From Camelus ferus (taxonomy: Eukaryota), in assembly GCF_009834535.1 (NCBI RefSeq), contig NC_045715.1:22072001-22136000 (forward strand): a stretch of DNA of 64,000 nt, read 5' to 3'. The translations under genes and the position numbers were made by a program. Position 1 is the stretch's first letter, and every line of letters starts with the position of its first letter. The notes below the pieces were generated by a model. That model was not told the DNA's origin, made no database searches, and worked only from the letters and a program-made list of their open reading frames with translations. This document shows positions 21,501 through 31,365 of the stretch, piece by piece.

Positions 21501-21766
21501 GAGAGCCAGTCAGCCATCCCCCTCCCTGGAGTACAAGAATCTTCTCCCCTAAAGCTCACCTCTTTAAACAGCTTCTCATTCTCCAACTTGTAGCATTTCT
21601 TGCCGCCCGGACTACTGCTTCCTCTGGCCCCATGGGGCTGGGAAGAGCCAGGGGCTTCTGCCCCGGGTGAGGCCGGATTGGGGGGTGGGTGGGAGGGCCC
21701 TGGCTGAGCAGCTGCTTCGTCTTCATCATCATCATCCAGCACGATGATGCTGTTAGCGGTGGCCAT
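18567..21766 (-). CDS. DAXX: Death domain-associated protein 6 (H3.3 chaperone), about 741 aa
   Basis: Exons 21560-21766, 21405-about 20574 (donor inside gap 20556-20719), 20230-20444, 19860-20073, 19214-19688, 18827-19049, 18567-18626. N-terminal SIM MATANSIIVLDDDDEDE, helical bundle, histone-binding domain, acidic tract, C-terminal SIM IIVLSDSD*. Confidence 0.98.
20556..20719. other. Assembly gap (N x164) covering the end of the DAXX large exon
   Basis: Run of N. Confidence 0.99.
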
Positions 21767-22649
21767 GGGGGATCAAATCCCCCGAAGGGAGGAAGTGTTG
21801 GGGATTTCGTAATTCCTGCTGGAAGGGGATGGGGCCTCAGAAAGAGCCCCTCCAGCACAGCCCCATCCCTTTATCTCACACATTTTCCAGTCTTCCTGGG
21901 TTTCAAAAACACCCAGCCATGCTCAACAGTGTCCTCACTGCCTGTGTTCAGCAACCATTAGTACCATATGTTTTTCTGGACCTTTACTGTGGGAGCCCCA
22001 AACTGTCTGAAAACCTCAAGTCCCACCCCCAGCTCCACCCCTCACGTCGATATCCGGTCTTTCGGTTGTGTTTCTCTACTATTTCTCATAGTTGGCAAGT
22101 TGACTCTTACTCTCAATCTCTGGACCGCCTCTCACATTGCACTCCAGATTTCCTTGACATCCTCTTGAACAGATACCACACCCCGGGTGGCATTACCTCA
22201 CGTGTTATCCCCCTCTGCTTTCACACACATCAAATCCACATCCTCACCCCAACCTGAAGGATCACCCCAACTCCTAGACTCTCTGGGGCGAAGGAGGTTC
22301 CCTCCCAACAATCCATTCCCTTTTTTCCTGCTTAAATTATCTCCATATTCCACCCCCTGATGGGTCTCCTCAACCCAGGGCATTAGGTTGGAGATATTTC
22401 ACCTCAAGACCCCTCCCTCTCAACCCACCCTAATTTTCCTCATTCTCTCCCTGTGACCTGTAACTGATCGTGAGCCCCACACTGGGCTCTCCTGAATCCT
22501 CTCAGATTCCAGCCCTGAGTCCGGCCCCTTACCCTAGATGAGCTTCCCGCCAAGTCCCCCGCCCCCAGTTCAGCCCCCGGCCGCCCCACTCCCCTTCAGG
22601 GATAGGAAGGAAGGAACTACAGCTTGCCCCTCAGACTCAGAGCCCGGGA

Positions 22650-23120
22650 CTCCCCAATACCTCTCCCTCGACATTCCCGCCCCCGCCTTCGCTCTCCGCA
22701 CCGTCGGGCCCCCACCTCAGAAACGGTCTCTCGAGGCGACCCTCGCCGCCGATCTCAGAACCTCGCATGGTTCCCTCCGCCTTCCTTCCCCCTCCCACCG
22801 CAGGCCCCACTCCGGACCGGAAGTCTAGGAGTTTCCGCCTACAGGCACCTGGGAGCGGCCATATTATCGCACGGAATCCCCCGTGGCCGGAAGTCGCGGT
22901 AGGCCCGCCCCCCGAGCGCCCGCCCATATTGTCAGCGGCTCCCTTCCCCCTGACCTGCTGGGGGAGGATTTGTCACTTCAGGGGGTCCCAAAGTACCTGG
23001 GGGCCGCCATTTTGCCATACGGCGTTAGCTACGCCTGGACTGGGGCGCGCCGCGGATTAAGCTCTTTTCATCCGGTGCTTCTGCGACTCCGCCAATCAGA
23101 AACTTCCGGCCCAACCGCCC
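22650..23120 (-). promoter_or_regulatory. DAXX: DAXX CpG-island promoter with candidate alternative non-coding first exons
   Basis: Minus-strand donors GAG|GTATTG (exon end 22661) and CAG|GTACTT (near 22996); ETS, YY1 and CCAAT motifs. Confidence 0.7.
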
Positions 23121-24603
23121 ACGAGTCGCATGCAGCGAGGACTGAGCCACCTTTCCAAGTACGGGAGGGGGGAACGCAACAGGGCAGCTAAAGAATTGGG
23201 CCCTCCATGGCTGCATAGGGATGCAAGGAAGGTCGGGAGTCTCTTAAGAAGGAAATGAAATCTTTTCCATCCGCTGGGCTTTTGACAAGCCTTCTAGTGC
23301 TATTTTCCTACCTGCCAGGTAGTTTCCACGGCTTAATCGACTGTCCCTGACATTCCCTTCTACGGGCTGCGCGCTCCCTTGCCGCTGTCCAGCAGCTACT
23401 TCTACATCCAGGTGCCAACATCTCCCAGTCGTGAAATCATAATACATGCATGCAAATGAGCAAAACGCGCTATACAGATGTGGTGGTGTTATTATTATTG
23501 CTATTGTTGTTGGTTTTGCTTTTCAAGCTCCACCACAGACTAATGACCAACCAAGTAGGGACCTAGGTGGTTCTCTGTCCTTTTCTGGAGGAGGTCCTCG
23601 AGGCACAGGCGGTGATAACCAGTAGGCTGTGCTTTGTCCAGGAGCTCCAGGGCCTGAGGACGGGCAATGTAGGGCGGAGACTCTGAGGAGAATCTGTGCA
23701 AATTGCCGCTGTGAGAGCTGTGAGACGAAATGAGGCTCATAAAATACCTCGAGTCTCGTCTCCTTTTCCTCTGGGAGAGCTGATGAAAGAACATGAGAGA
23801 AGAAACGGACTTTGACGCCCACCTCGCCCGCATCCCCACCTAGCCCAGCTTTAGGGACACTAGAAGGACTCGTGGAGGCAAAGCTGGGTCCAAACGTGAG
23901 CTTCTGGGAAAACCGAAAAGGTTAACACATTTCCAGTCCCTGAGATTCCCACTTCCTGCATCATTGCGCATTCCACAAATGGTGAGCATCTTTCTAGGAC
24001 CACAGACCCTTACATCCCCAAGCTCTCAGAGTCCCAGAACCTCAAACCCTCCTTTCCGTTAAAGAATCCCACTTCTCTCCAATAGTCTAAGCCTATAGTC
24101 TTCAAATTGGGGAACATGAAAACACTCCAAAGGGTACTCGGATTTGGAAGCTATAAGGGATTTAATTTCCAGAGCCTCAACTTTCCCAAAATTTGTCTTC
24201 CTGAGTAAATGCCTGCAGTAGAGCTTCTCCTTCTTTTTCCCTTTTACAATAGATTTTTTCCCTCTTTAAAAAGAAAAAGTATAGTCTCAACCATGCAATC
24301 TCCTGGGGATAATCTTACCTTGTCTTAAATAGACATGTAGCCAGGTTCTTTCATCAAACCACCATAAGCACCACCTCGTCTATGTCATTTAAAATATTAT
24401 TTTTTATTTTAACAATTATGAGTTTGTACAATCTTTATGCTATTCGACCAGTTCTGCTCTTATAATAATTGTAATGATAACCCAGAAGAAATTTTTCTAA
24501 AAAGCTAGAGTCGTATGGTTACAAGAAAGAAAAATAATTTTCATTTCAGTTAATACATATGCAGGAACGTTTGATAGATAGGTCAATAAAAAGACTTTCA
24601 AGT

Positions 24604-24693
24604 TGGGGAGGGAAATAGCTCAGCGGTAGATCGCATGCTTAGCATGTATGAGGTCTTGGGTTCAACCCTCAATTCCATTAAAAAAAAAAAAAA
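24604..24693 (+). mobile_element. tRNA-Ala-derived SINE
   Basis: GGGGAGGGAAATAGCTCAGCGGTAGA...GGTTCAACCC + poly(A); TSD about AAAG(A)CTTTCAAGT. Confidence 0.9.
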
Positions 24694-24804
24694 GCTTTCA
24701 AGTATAAAAGCATAAAATTGTCTGTAGGGAAATAGAATGGTAACAGGAGTTCTGGAAGAAAAGGAATGATAGAAGAAGAAAAGGAAAGATTCCCAATTGT
24801 ATTT

Positions 24805-24883
24805 GGGGGGGTAATTAGGTTTTTTTTTAAATGGAGTTACTGGGTATCCCCCACTTTTAATGGAGGTACTGAGCTCCCCCACA
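24805..24883 (-). mobile_element. Internally deleted dimeric SINE derivative
   Basis: Two short SINE 5'/3' end fusions plus one tail, bounded by 14-bp TSD TCCCAATT(G/A)TATTT (24791-24804, 24884-24897). Confidence 0.7.
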
Positions 24884-25227
24884 TCCCAATTATATTTTTA
24901 AATGTATTGTATTCTGATGTTTCAATTCCCTTGGACATTCAAAAGATTGATTTAATTGTTTTATTTTAAAATGTAAGTATTTTTATATGCCAGGAATTAC
25001 ATCCTTGAAACAATTTTAATTTATGATGAAAAATTTTAGATGCTCACTTAAAAATACTTGTACAAACTTTTTCAAAATTATTTCCCAGAGTATAGATGCA
25101 GAAATTTTAAGACAGCTAGCTGCTATAAGCTATCCAAGTGTCCCTCCCCGGCCCCCAACTATTGCCATTCCCCCGTCTCCCCTCTCACCTCCGTTGCAGG
25201 GAAAGAGGATGTTTATAGGAAAGGCGG

Positions 25228-25470
25228 TCACAATTCCAGCTCCTCCTCCTTCTGTGGTGTTCTCAGGAGCCAGTCCCCAAACTTTGCCCATGGTAGCAGC
25301 CACAGCAGCTTATACACAGCCTCCAGCATTAGCAGTGTCAGGAAGAGGACCAGAAAGATAAAGAAGGCCTTATCCATGGCCCGACGCAGAGGACCCCTGG
25401 GAGGAGAGGGACGCTGGGCAAATGCAAGGAACACATCCTCCTCGTCCACATCACCCTCCTCCTCGGCCAT
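25228..25470 (-). CDS. SMIM40: Small integral membrane protein 40, 80 aa
   Basis: ORF MAEEEGDVDEEDVFLAFAQRPSPPRGPLRRAMDKAFFIFLVLFLTLLMLEAVYKLLWLLPW...EEELEL with strong Kozak (AGGATGG) and one hydrophobic segment; matches recalled human SMIM40 and its position between DAXX and KIFC1. Confidence 0.92.
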   Translation of the reverse strand: MAEEEGDVDEEDVFLAFAQRPSPPRGPLRRAMDKAFFIFLVLFLTLLMLEAVYKLLWLLPWAKFGDWLLRTPQKEEELEL

Positions 25471-26669
25471 CCTAGCCCACAGTCTGATTCTGACAGCTTG
25501 CTGGCTCAGGGAGGCTGAGATGGAAGCCCTTACTCAGCGTTGCCAGGATTAAGGAGTGTGGTGTTGGTAAATTCTGCACCTGTGTGGCTTGACCCCAATT
25601 CCCCCATACAGAGAAAGAAAGGATAGTAGGGCTTCTGAGCCTTTGGAATAATCAGTGCAATGTGAATGGCCTGGATTAAATAATTCCTAAAGTCTGCCCA
25701 GCTTTAGCATTTTATAATTCTATATTTCAGGAATTGAAGGCCCAACATAGAGACATGCAAGCTGAAACTGCCCAAGTTAATCTGGGTCTCTAGGCTTAAG
25801 GCTCAAGGTCTTGGGCCCCTACAGAGAATGAGCAATGGACCTAGTATGCTACGGTAAGCGGCTCTCAATCAAGCATCATCTAAAGTCCATTCTGGCATTA
25901 ACAGTGCGGGGGTGGGGGGCGGGAAGGAACTCTCCTAACCTAGGCGGGTGGGCGGGATTGGGAGGGTGGGATGGGCAGTGGGAGGGATGGGAAGGGGGAG
26001 GGATGGGAAGGGGGAGGGTTGTGCAGAGGCGGCTCCAGTCGGCGCAGGCGTAGTTCTTCAAGTCTGCAGGCCGACAAAGATTGCAGGGCAGAAACCCAGC
26101 GGGCTGTCTTCCAGACTTTGAGGACGATTATAATTGGGCTGCAGGAGCCCAAGCGGAAGTTTATAAAAAGAGAAAGACCTTGATTGGTCAGCGGGGCGAG
26201 GGTAAATGATTGAGACTTAACTGTTGGGGCAATAAGAAGGAAGATTGAGGTTTTGTTTGAGGAGTCCTGATCTGAGTTGCTCGTGGGAAATTTCCAAGTT
26301 GCTGTCTTGGGGCAAGGGTTGAAGCCATTTTGACCAGGTTCTTGAGGGAAATCAAAGTCCGTATGGAGACCTGCGGCCCACCTCCCCACCTCCCAAAAGT
26401 AGTGGTTGTTGGATGGAGTGTGGACAGCAGAGGAAGCGGCGCTTGAGTTAGTGGACCTCATATCTGGCGCTTCAAGGGTCTGTTACCTAAAACTCCATTT
26501 TGATTTTAATAAGACATTGTTTTCTTGGAAAGACCTTGTTTACCCCAAAATGGTACAAACGATGTCACAATTTTGTTTACAGTCAACTCATATTATCGTG
26601 TGCTCCACCACAGGAGGTTACATTACGAATCAAAAAGCCTGGATCCGGGTCCGAACGAATCACTAGTTG

Positions 26670-27008
26670 TGTTAAATTAATTAAACAAGGAGGCCATTAA
26701 ACTGAGGGGGCTCTAACGTCGTGGCAGCCTATCTTAGCAAGCCAAAGTCTAAACCCATCCAGGCCTCAAGCTTACGTAATCAAAATGGTAAAGGGCAACC
26801 AATCACACACAGCCGACTAGGTAGGTTTTAATCTACAGCCAATGAAATAATTTCCTTTCTCTGCTTCCACACTTTCTCCACTTAAGCCTTTCCCAGGGCT
26901 CAGATCTGAGGAATGCTCACAACCACTTCTGGTTTGACTCTACCCCATTCCAATGCATTTTTGCTCAAATAACTCAAATTTTTAACATGCCTCAGTTTCT
27001 TTTTAACA
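26670..27008 (+). mobile_element. ERV1-class solo LTR inserted in a MIR fragment
   Basis: TGTTAA...TTAACA termini, 4-bp TSD GTTG (26666-26669, 27009-27012), two CCAAT boxes, MIR sequence on both sides. Confidence 0.85.
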
Positions 27009-27422
27009 GTTGTGTGAACAAGACCTTGGGCGAGTCACCTGACTTTTCTTTAGTTTTTTATACAATTGAAAAACTTGCTCCAGATTTGTCATGAATAAGG
27101 TGGTTTCGTTTTTTTTTTTTTTTTATAAATAAATTATGAACTGCTGTGTAAATATAATGTATTGATTTCTGATACCCTCACTTGTGTCTCAGGCAAGTTT
27201 GAAATAAGGGCACCCAAACATCTTTATCATCTTCATACAGTTCCTTCCCCATGGTAGGTTCAGCACTAAGATCTTGTATAATACATAAACCTAGCACTTT
27301 ATTGAATAAAAAAGTTTTTTGAAGTAATTGCAAACAATACCAGGAACTCTGGCATCTTTTTCACCCTAATTCCCCATTTGTCAACGTTTTGCTATATTTG
27401 TTTATCTCTCAACTCCAATATA

Positions 27423-27901
27423 ACCATAAGTTATAGGTGTCACTCCAAAATTCAGATATTGTAGCCCTAACTCCCCATATCTCAGAATATGACCTTATTT
27501 GGAAATAGAGTTGTTGCAGATGTGATTCATTAAATTAAGAAGAGGTCATACTGCAGTCAGGTAAATCTTTAATCCAATATGACTGATGTCCTTATAAAAA
27601 GGGGAAATTTGGGCACATACATGCATACAATGAGAACACCAGGTGAACATGAAGGCAGAGATAGGGTTGATGTGTCTACAAGCCAAGGAACACCAAAAAT
27701 TGCCAGCAAACCAACAGACTACTCTGCTAGGAAAGAGTCATGGAACAAACTACTCTGTCACAGTCCTCAGAAAGAAACAACCCTGCCAACACTTTGATTG
27801 CAGACTTCTATGCTTCAGAATTATGAGGCAATAAATTTCTATTGTTTAAGCCATCCTGTTTGTGGTACTTTGTTATGTACCTAGCCTAGCAAACTAATAT
27901 A
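27423..27901 (+). mobile_element. MaLR solo LTR (MLT1B/C-like)
   Basis: GACCTTATTTGGAAATAG...CCAATATGACTGATGTCCTTATAAAAAGGGG...AATAAATTTCTATTGTTTAAGCCA. Confidence 0.85.
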
Positions 27902-27904
27902 CCA

Positions 27905-28048
27905 TTCTAATCAGGGAATCAAAAATTGACAAACCTCTGGCCAGGTTTACCAAGAAGAAAAGAGAGAGAACACAAATAAACAAAATGAAAAAGCAAAATG
28001 GGGAAATTACAACCAATACCACAGAAATACAAAAAACTGTAAGAGGAA
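27905..28048 (+). mobile_element. L1 ORF2 fragment
   Basis: AAAATTGACAAACCTCTGGCCAG...AAATGGGGAAATTACAACCAATACCACAGAAATACAAAAA (KIDKPLARL..GEITTNTTEIQK). Confidence 0.8.
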
Positions 28049-28519
28049 ATCAACACCACTATCCAATTCATAGGTACATTTCAGTTTTCATCAGCTTTCC
28101 CACTAATGTCTCTGTCCTTTCTGGCTCAGGACCACATACTGAATTTGTTGTCATATATCTGCAGTCTCCTTCAATCTAGGCAGTTCCTCTGTCCTTCCCT
28201 GTCTTTCATGAATCACTTTTAAAGTGTACATGCTTTTCATTTCTGTAAGATGTCCCTTAAACCTAAATGCATGTAAGGGCAACAGAGAAAAGATGTGCCT
28301 TTCTTGGTGAACCATAACAGAAGGTTCGGGGGGGGGGGGGGAACCATCTCACCCCTGGTGCTGCCAAACCAGTCTGGCAGGTTTTTCCATCATAAAGCCA
28401 TCACTGTCCCTTTGTAATTCCTAGATATCTGAGACATCACCAAATCTACACCTATCTGCCTTAGCATCCATGGATCACCCCCATGGGAATAAGCACGATG
28501 ATGTTTATTAAATGATGAC

Positions 28520-28610
28520 TTTTGTTGTTGTTGTCAATGGAGGTATTGGGGACTGACCCCAGGACCTCACGCATGCCAAGCATGTGCTCTACCACTGAGC
28601 TATGCACCCC
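28520..28610 (-). mobile_element. tRNA-Ala-derived SINE
   Basis: Reverse tRNA-like body; TSD about ATGATGA(C/T)TTTT. Confidence 0.85.
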
Positions 28611-29174
28611 CATGATGATTTTTTTTTTCATTCCATCATTTCTTCTTCAGTTTTTGTCAGTCAACAATCTAGTATAAAAGAGAATATTTTCTCTCATTTA
28701 TTTATATCATATGGACTTATGGATTCCTATTTTACTCGGTGAATTATAATCCATTACTATTGTATTTATGTAGTCTGGACCCATGCATTTCTATTTTATT
28801 TAATTAATTGTAATCAGTTACTATCATTATTAATTTTATGTACAAATTATCCCAAATTTGGCAAATGAGAAAGCCCTTCCAGCTAGCTCCTGTGTCCTTT
28901 CAAAATGTTCTCAACATTATTTAAGCATTTCCTTACATTCTGATACAACAGGTAATCCATTCTCAATTTGTACTTTTCCTGTCTCAGCCCAGGAATCAAC
29001 CATTTCTTTAAGGGGCTCTGGCTTCTTTTGACAAAGATGGTATTTGGAAGCCAAGATCTGGGTGCCAGATGTTCTCATTTCTACTACAATGACATGTTTT
29101 TAGGCCTTCTCAGCAGACAGAGCTAAGAAAGGTATGAATGTATATACGTATACACACAGACACACATACACACT

Positions 29175-29470
29175 CTGTTCCAGTTACTATTGCCACCTAA
29201 CATACCACCCCAAAACTTGATGCAAAACGACCATTTGTTATGCCCATGGACTACTATGTCAGAGAGGACACAGTGAGGATAGCTTGTGTTTGTTTAGTGA
29301 TGGTCTGTGTTCTTATCTGGGAAGACTTAAAAGCTGAAGGTGAGAACTGCTGAGATCTGGAATCACCTGGAGGTATCCTCGCTCACGTGTCTGGTAATTG
29401 ATGCTAGCTTTCAGCTGGATCTCTGCTGGGGCTGTGGGCCAGAACACTTACGTGTGTCCTTTCTATGTAA
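29175..29470 (-). mobile_element. MaLR LTR fragment (MLT1E/F-like)
   Basis: CAGTTACTATTGCCACCTAACATACCACCCCAAAACTT 3'-end block in reverse. Confidence 0.6.
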
Positions 29471-30277
29471 TTATGCTGTAATAATTGAGATTTTCACATA
29501 ATCTATGTTCTATTGATGGTAATGGGATAAAGAAATTAAAAGTTAAAAAAGAAGAATTTAAAAGTTAAATGCAACTGATTTCACTTTACATAATTATATA
29601 TATTTTCAGAAAGATGTAAAATAAAGTTAATGTAAAATAAAGTTATTTCTGTGCTTTCAAATGTTATTTTTCTAATGTTTAAATCATCTATTAAAATTAA
29701 AATGTAAAACAAATTATACTGAATAAATATTAAAAATTGTTTCTAGAAAGCTGACACTTTAAAATTTAACTCTTTGAAATTTTAATTTAATCATATTAAA
29801 TATTTTTATAAAAATAAAACTATATGTAATTCAAGCATTAGATGTCTATTTAGTTGCCAGTGTAACTTCATGTGCCATGTTTGTTAAGCATACTTAGATA
29901 CATACCAATTTAAAAGTAATATTGTGTAGTACAGGAAAATTTTTCTTAGCCACCATGTGCAACTGTGGCTCTACTGGGAAATGATACATCATCATGTAAG
30001 AAAGTATTGCATTCGTGGTGACTGAGAGAGAATATTTGACAAGTTAATTGATTTGTCTTTTCTCTTACCTAACCACCATCACTGCTAAATCCTCCCTGCA
30101 TTCAAACAAGGGTCCATGTCTAGGCTCAGCAGCAGCACAACCCATACATCTTCACAGCATTGGGTCACCACCACCTTTTGTTTCAATGATAGAGGACAAG
30201 AGGTATGGAGACACAGTTCCTTGGGATTGAATAGTGTTAATTACAACAGCCCATGTGTAGCCTTATGGTCAGGTGGT

Positions 30278-30838
30278 ATATAGTAGGCAGCTTTCTAAAA
30301 TGGCTCCTAGTGATCTCCACCTTCTGATATTCATGCCCTGTGTAATCCTCTCCTCTTGAGTGTGGACTGAATCTAGTGACTTGCTTCTAACGAATAGAAT
30401 ATGGGAAAATTGATGAGATGTTTCTTTTGAGATTAAGCCATAAAAGTCATGACTTTTGTCTTGTAGGCAGCCTCTCTACTGCTGACTTTGAGGAAGCAAG
30501 CTGCCATTCTGGAGAGGCCCACATGGCCACAAACTGAGGGTGACCTCCGGGCAATAGCCAACAAGAAACTGATGGCTTCAGTCCAGCAATCTTTAAGGAA
30601 CTGAATCCTGCCAACAACTGGGGGAGCAAGCTTAGAAGAAGGTCTTTCCCCAACTGAGCCTTCAGTTGAGATCACTGGCAGCACCTGGATGGCAGCTTTG
30701 TGATACACCCTGAAGCAGACGGTCAGGGTAGGCTTCTCTCAGATTTCTGACCCACAGAAATCATGAAATAATGTGTGTTTTTTTGAACCACTAAAAAAAT
30801 TTGTGGTAATCTTTTATGCAGCAAAGACAACTAATATA
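30278..30838 (+). mobile_element. MaLR solo LTR (MLT1F-like)
   Basis: GGCAGCTTTCTAAAATGGCTCC...GACTTGCTTCTAACGAATAGAATATGG...GAACTGAATCCTGCCAACAAC...GCAGCAAAGACAACTAATATA. Confidence 0.85.
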
Positions 30839-31365
30839 TTGTGCCAGAATTAAGTGTCAGATCCTTAGTAAGAGAGATACCCATATGTCCTTTCTGAATC
30901 TGTCCGTTTTGTGTTATGACATGTGGGGTTCGCTAAAATATGGGGCTCAAGACAGAGTCCCTTCTTGCCTGGGTATGAGAGCAATACCAGGACCAGTTAA
31001 TTAGTCTTCAGTTTTTTTTTCTTGCATGTTTCCTAAAAACATTTTGGAAAACTATGTGACTTCTTGTGTATTTTTTACTTTATATCTAATTTCTTTTCTT
31101 GAAAATTAAAACAACTACAAAGAGTGTAAAATTGTGATATCTTGTAAATAGTGCCATTTTAAAGTGAGACTGTTTATATTACTCTTTTAAATGTATCCAA
31201 TAGAACCTATATGCCATAGCTTTTTGATATTCAACATCATCTTTTTAAAATGTATTAATAAAATGTTCTTCAACAGGTAGACATTTTACATTATTTATTT
31301 TTCCTTCGAATTCATATTTTGTTCGCTTCCACTACATAATTTTATCTTAATTTAATGTATTTTTT

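Larger units (their letters stand above)
24095..25118. mobile_element. Old hAT-Charlie-type element in SMIM40 intron, interrupted by two SINE insertions
   Basis: Degenerate termini TAGTCTTCAAATTGGGG and GAAATTTTAAGACAGCTAG around an AT-rich interior. Confidence 0.45.

Noticed and set aside
25940-26461. 173-aa minus-strand ORF upstream of SMIM40
   Set aside because: No domain, and the C-terminus is just the translated G-tract repeat; the region looks regulatory rather than coding.
29480-30030. Very AT-rich block, possibly another DNA-transposon piece or the rest of the 31.6-32.2 kb element
   Set aside because: I could not find termini, TSDs or a coding motif, so it is left unclassified.
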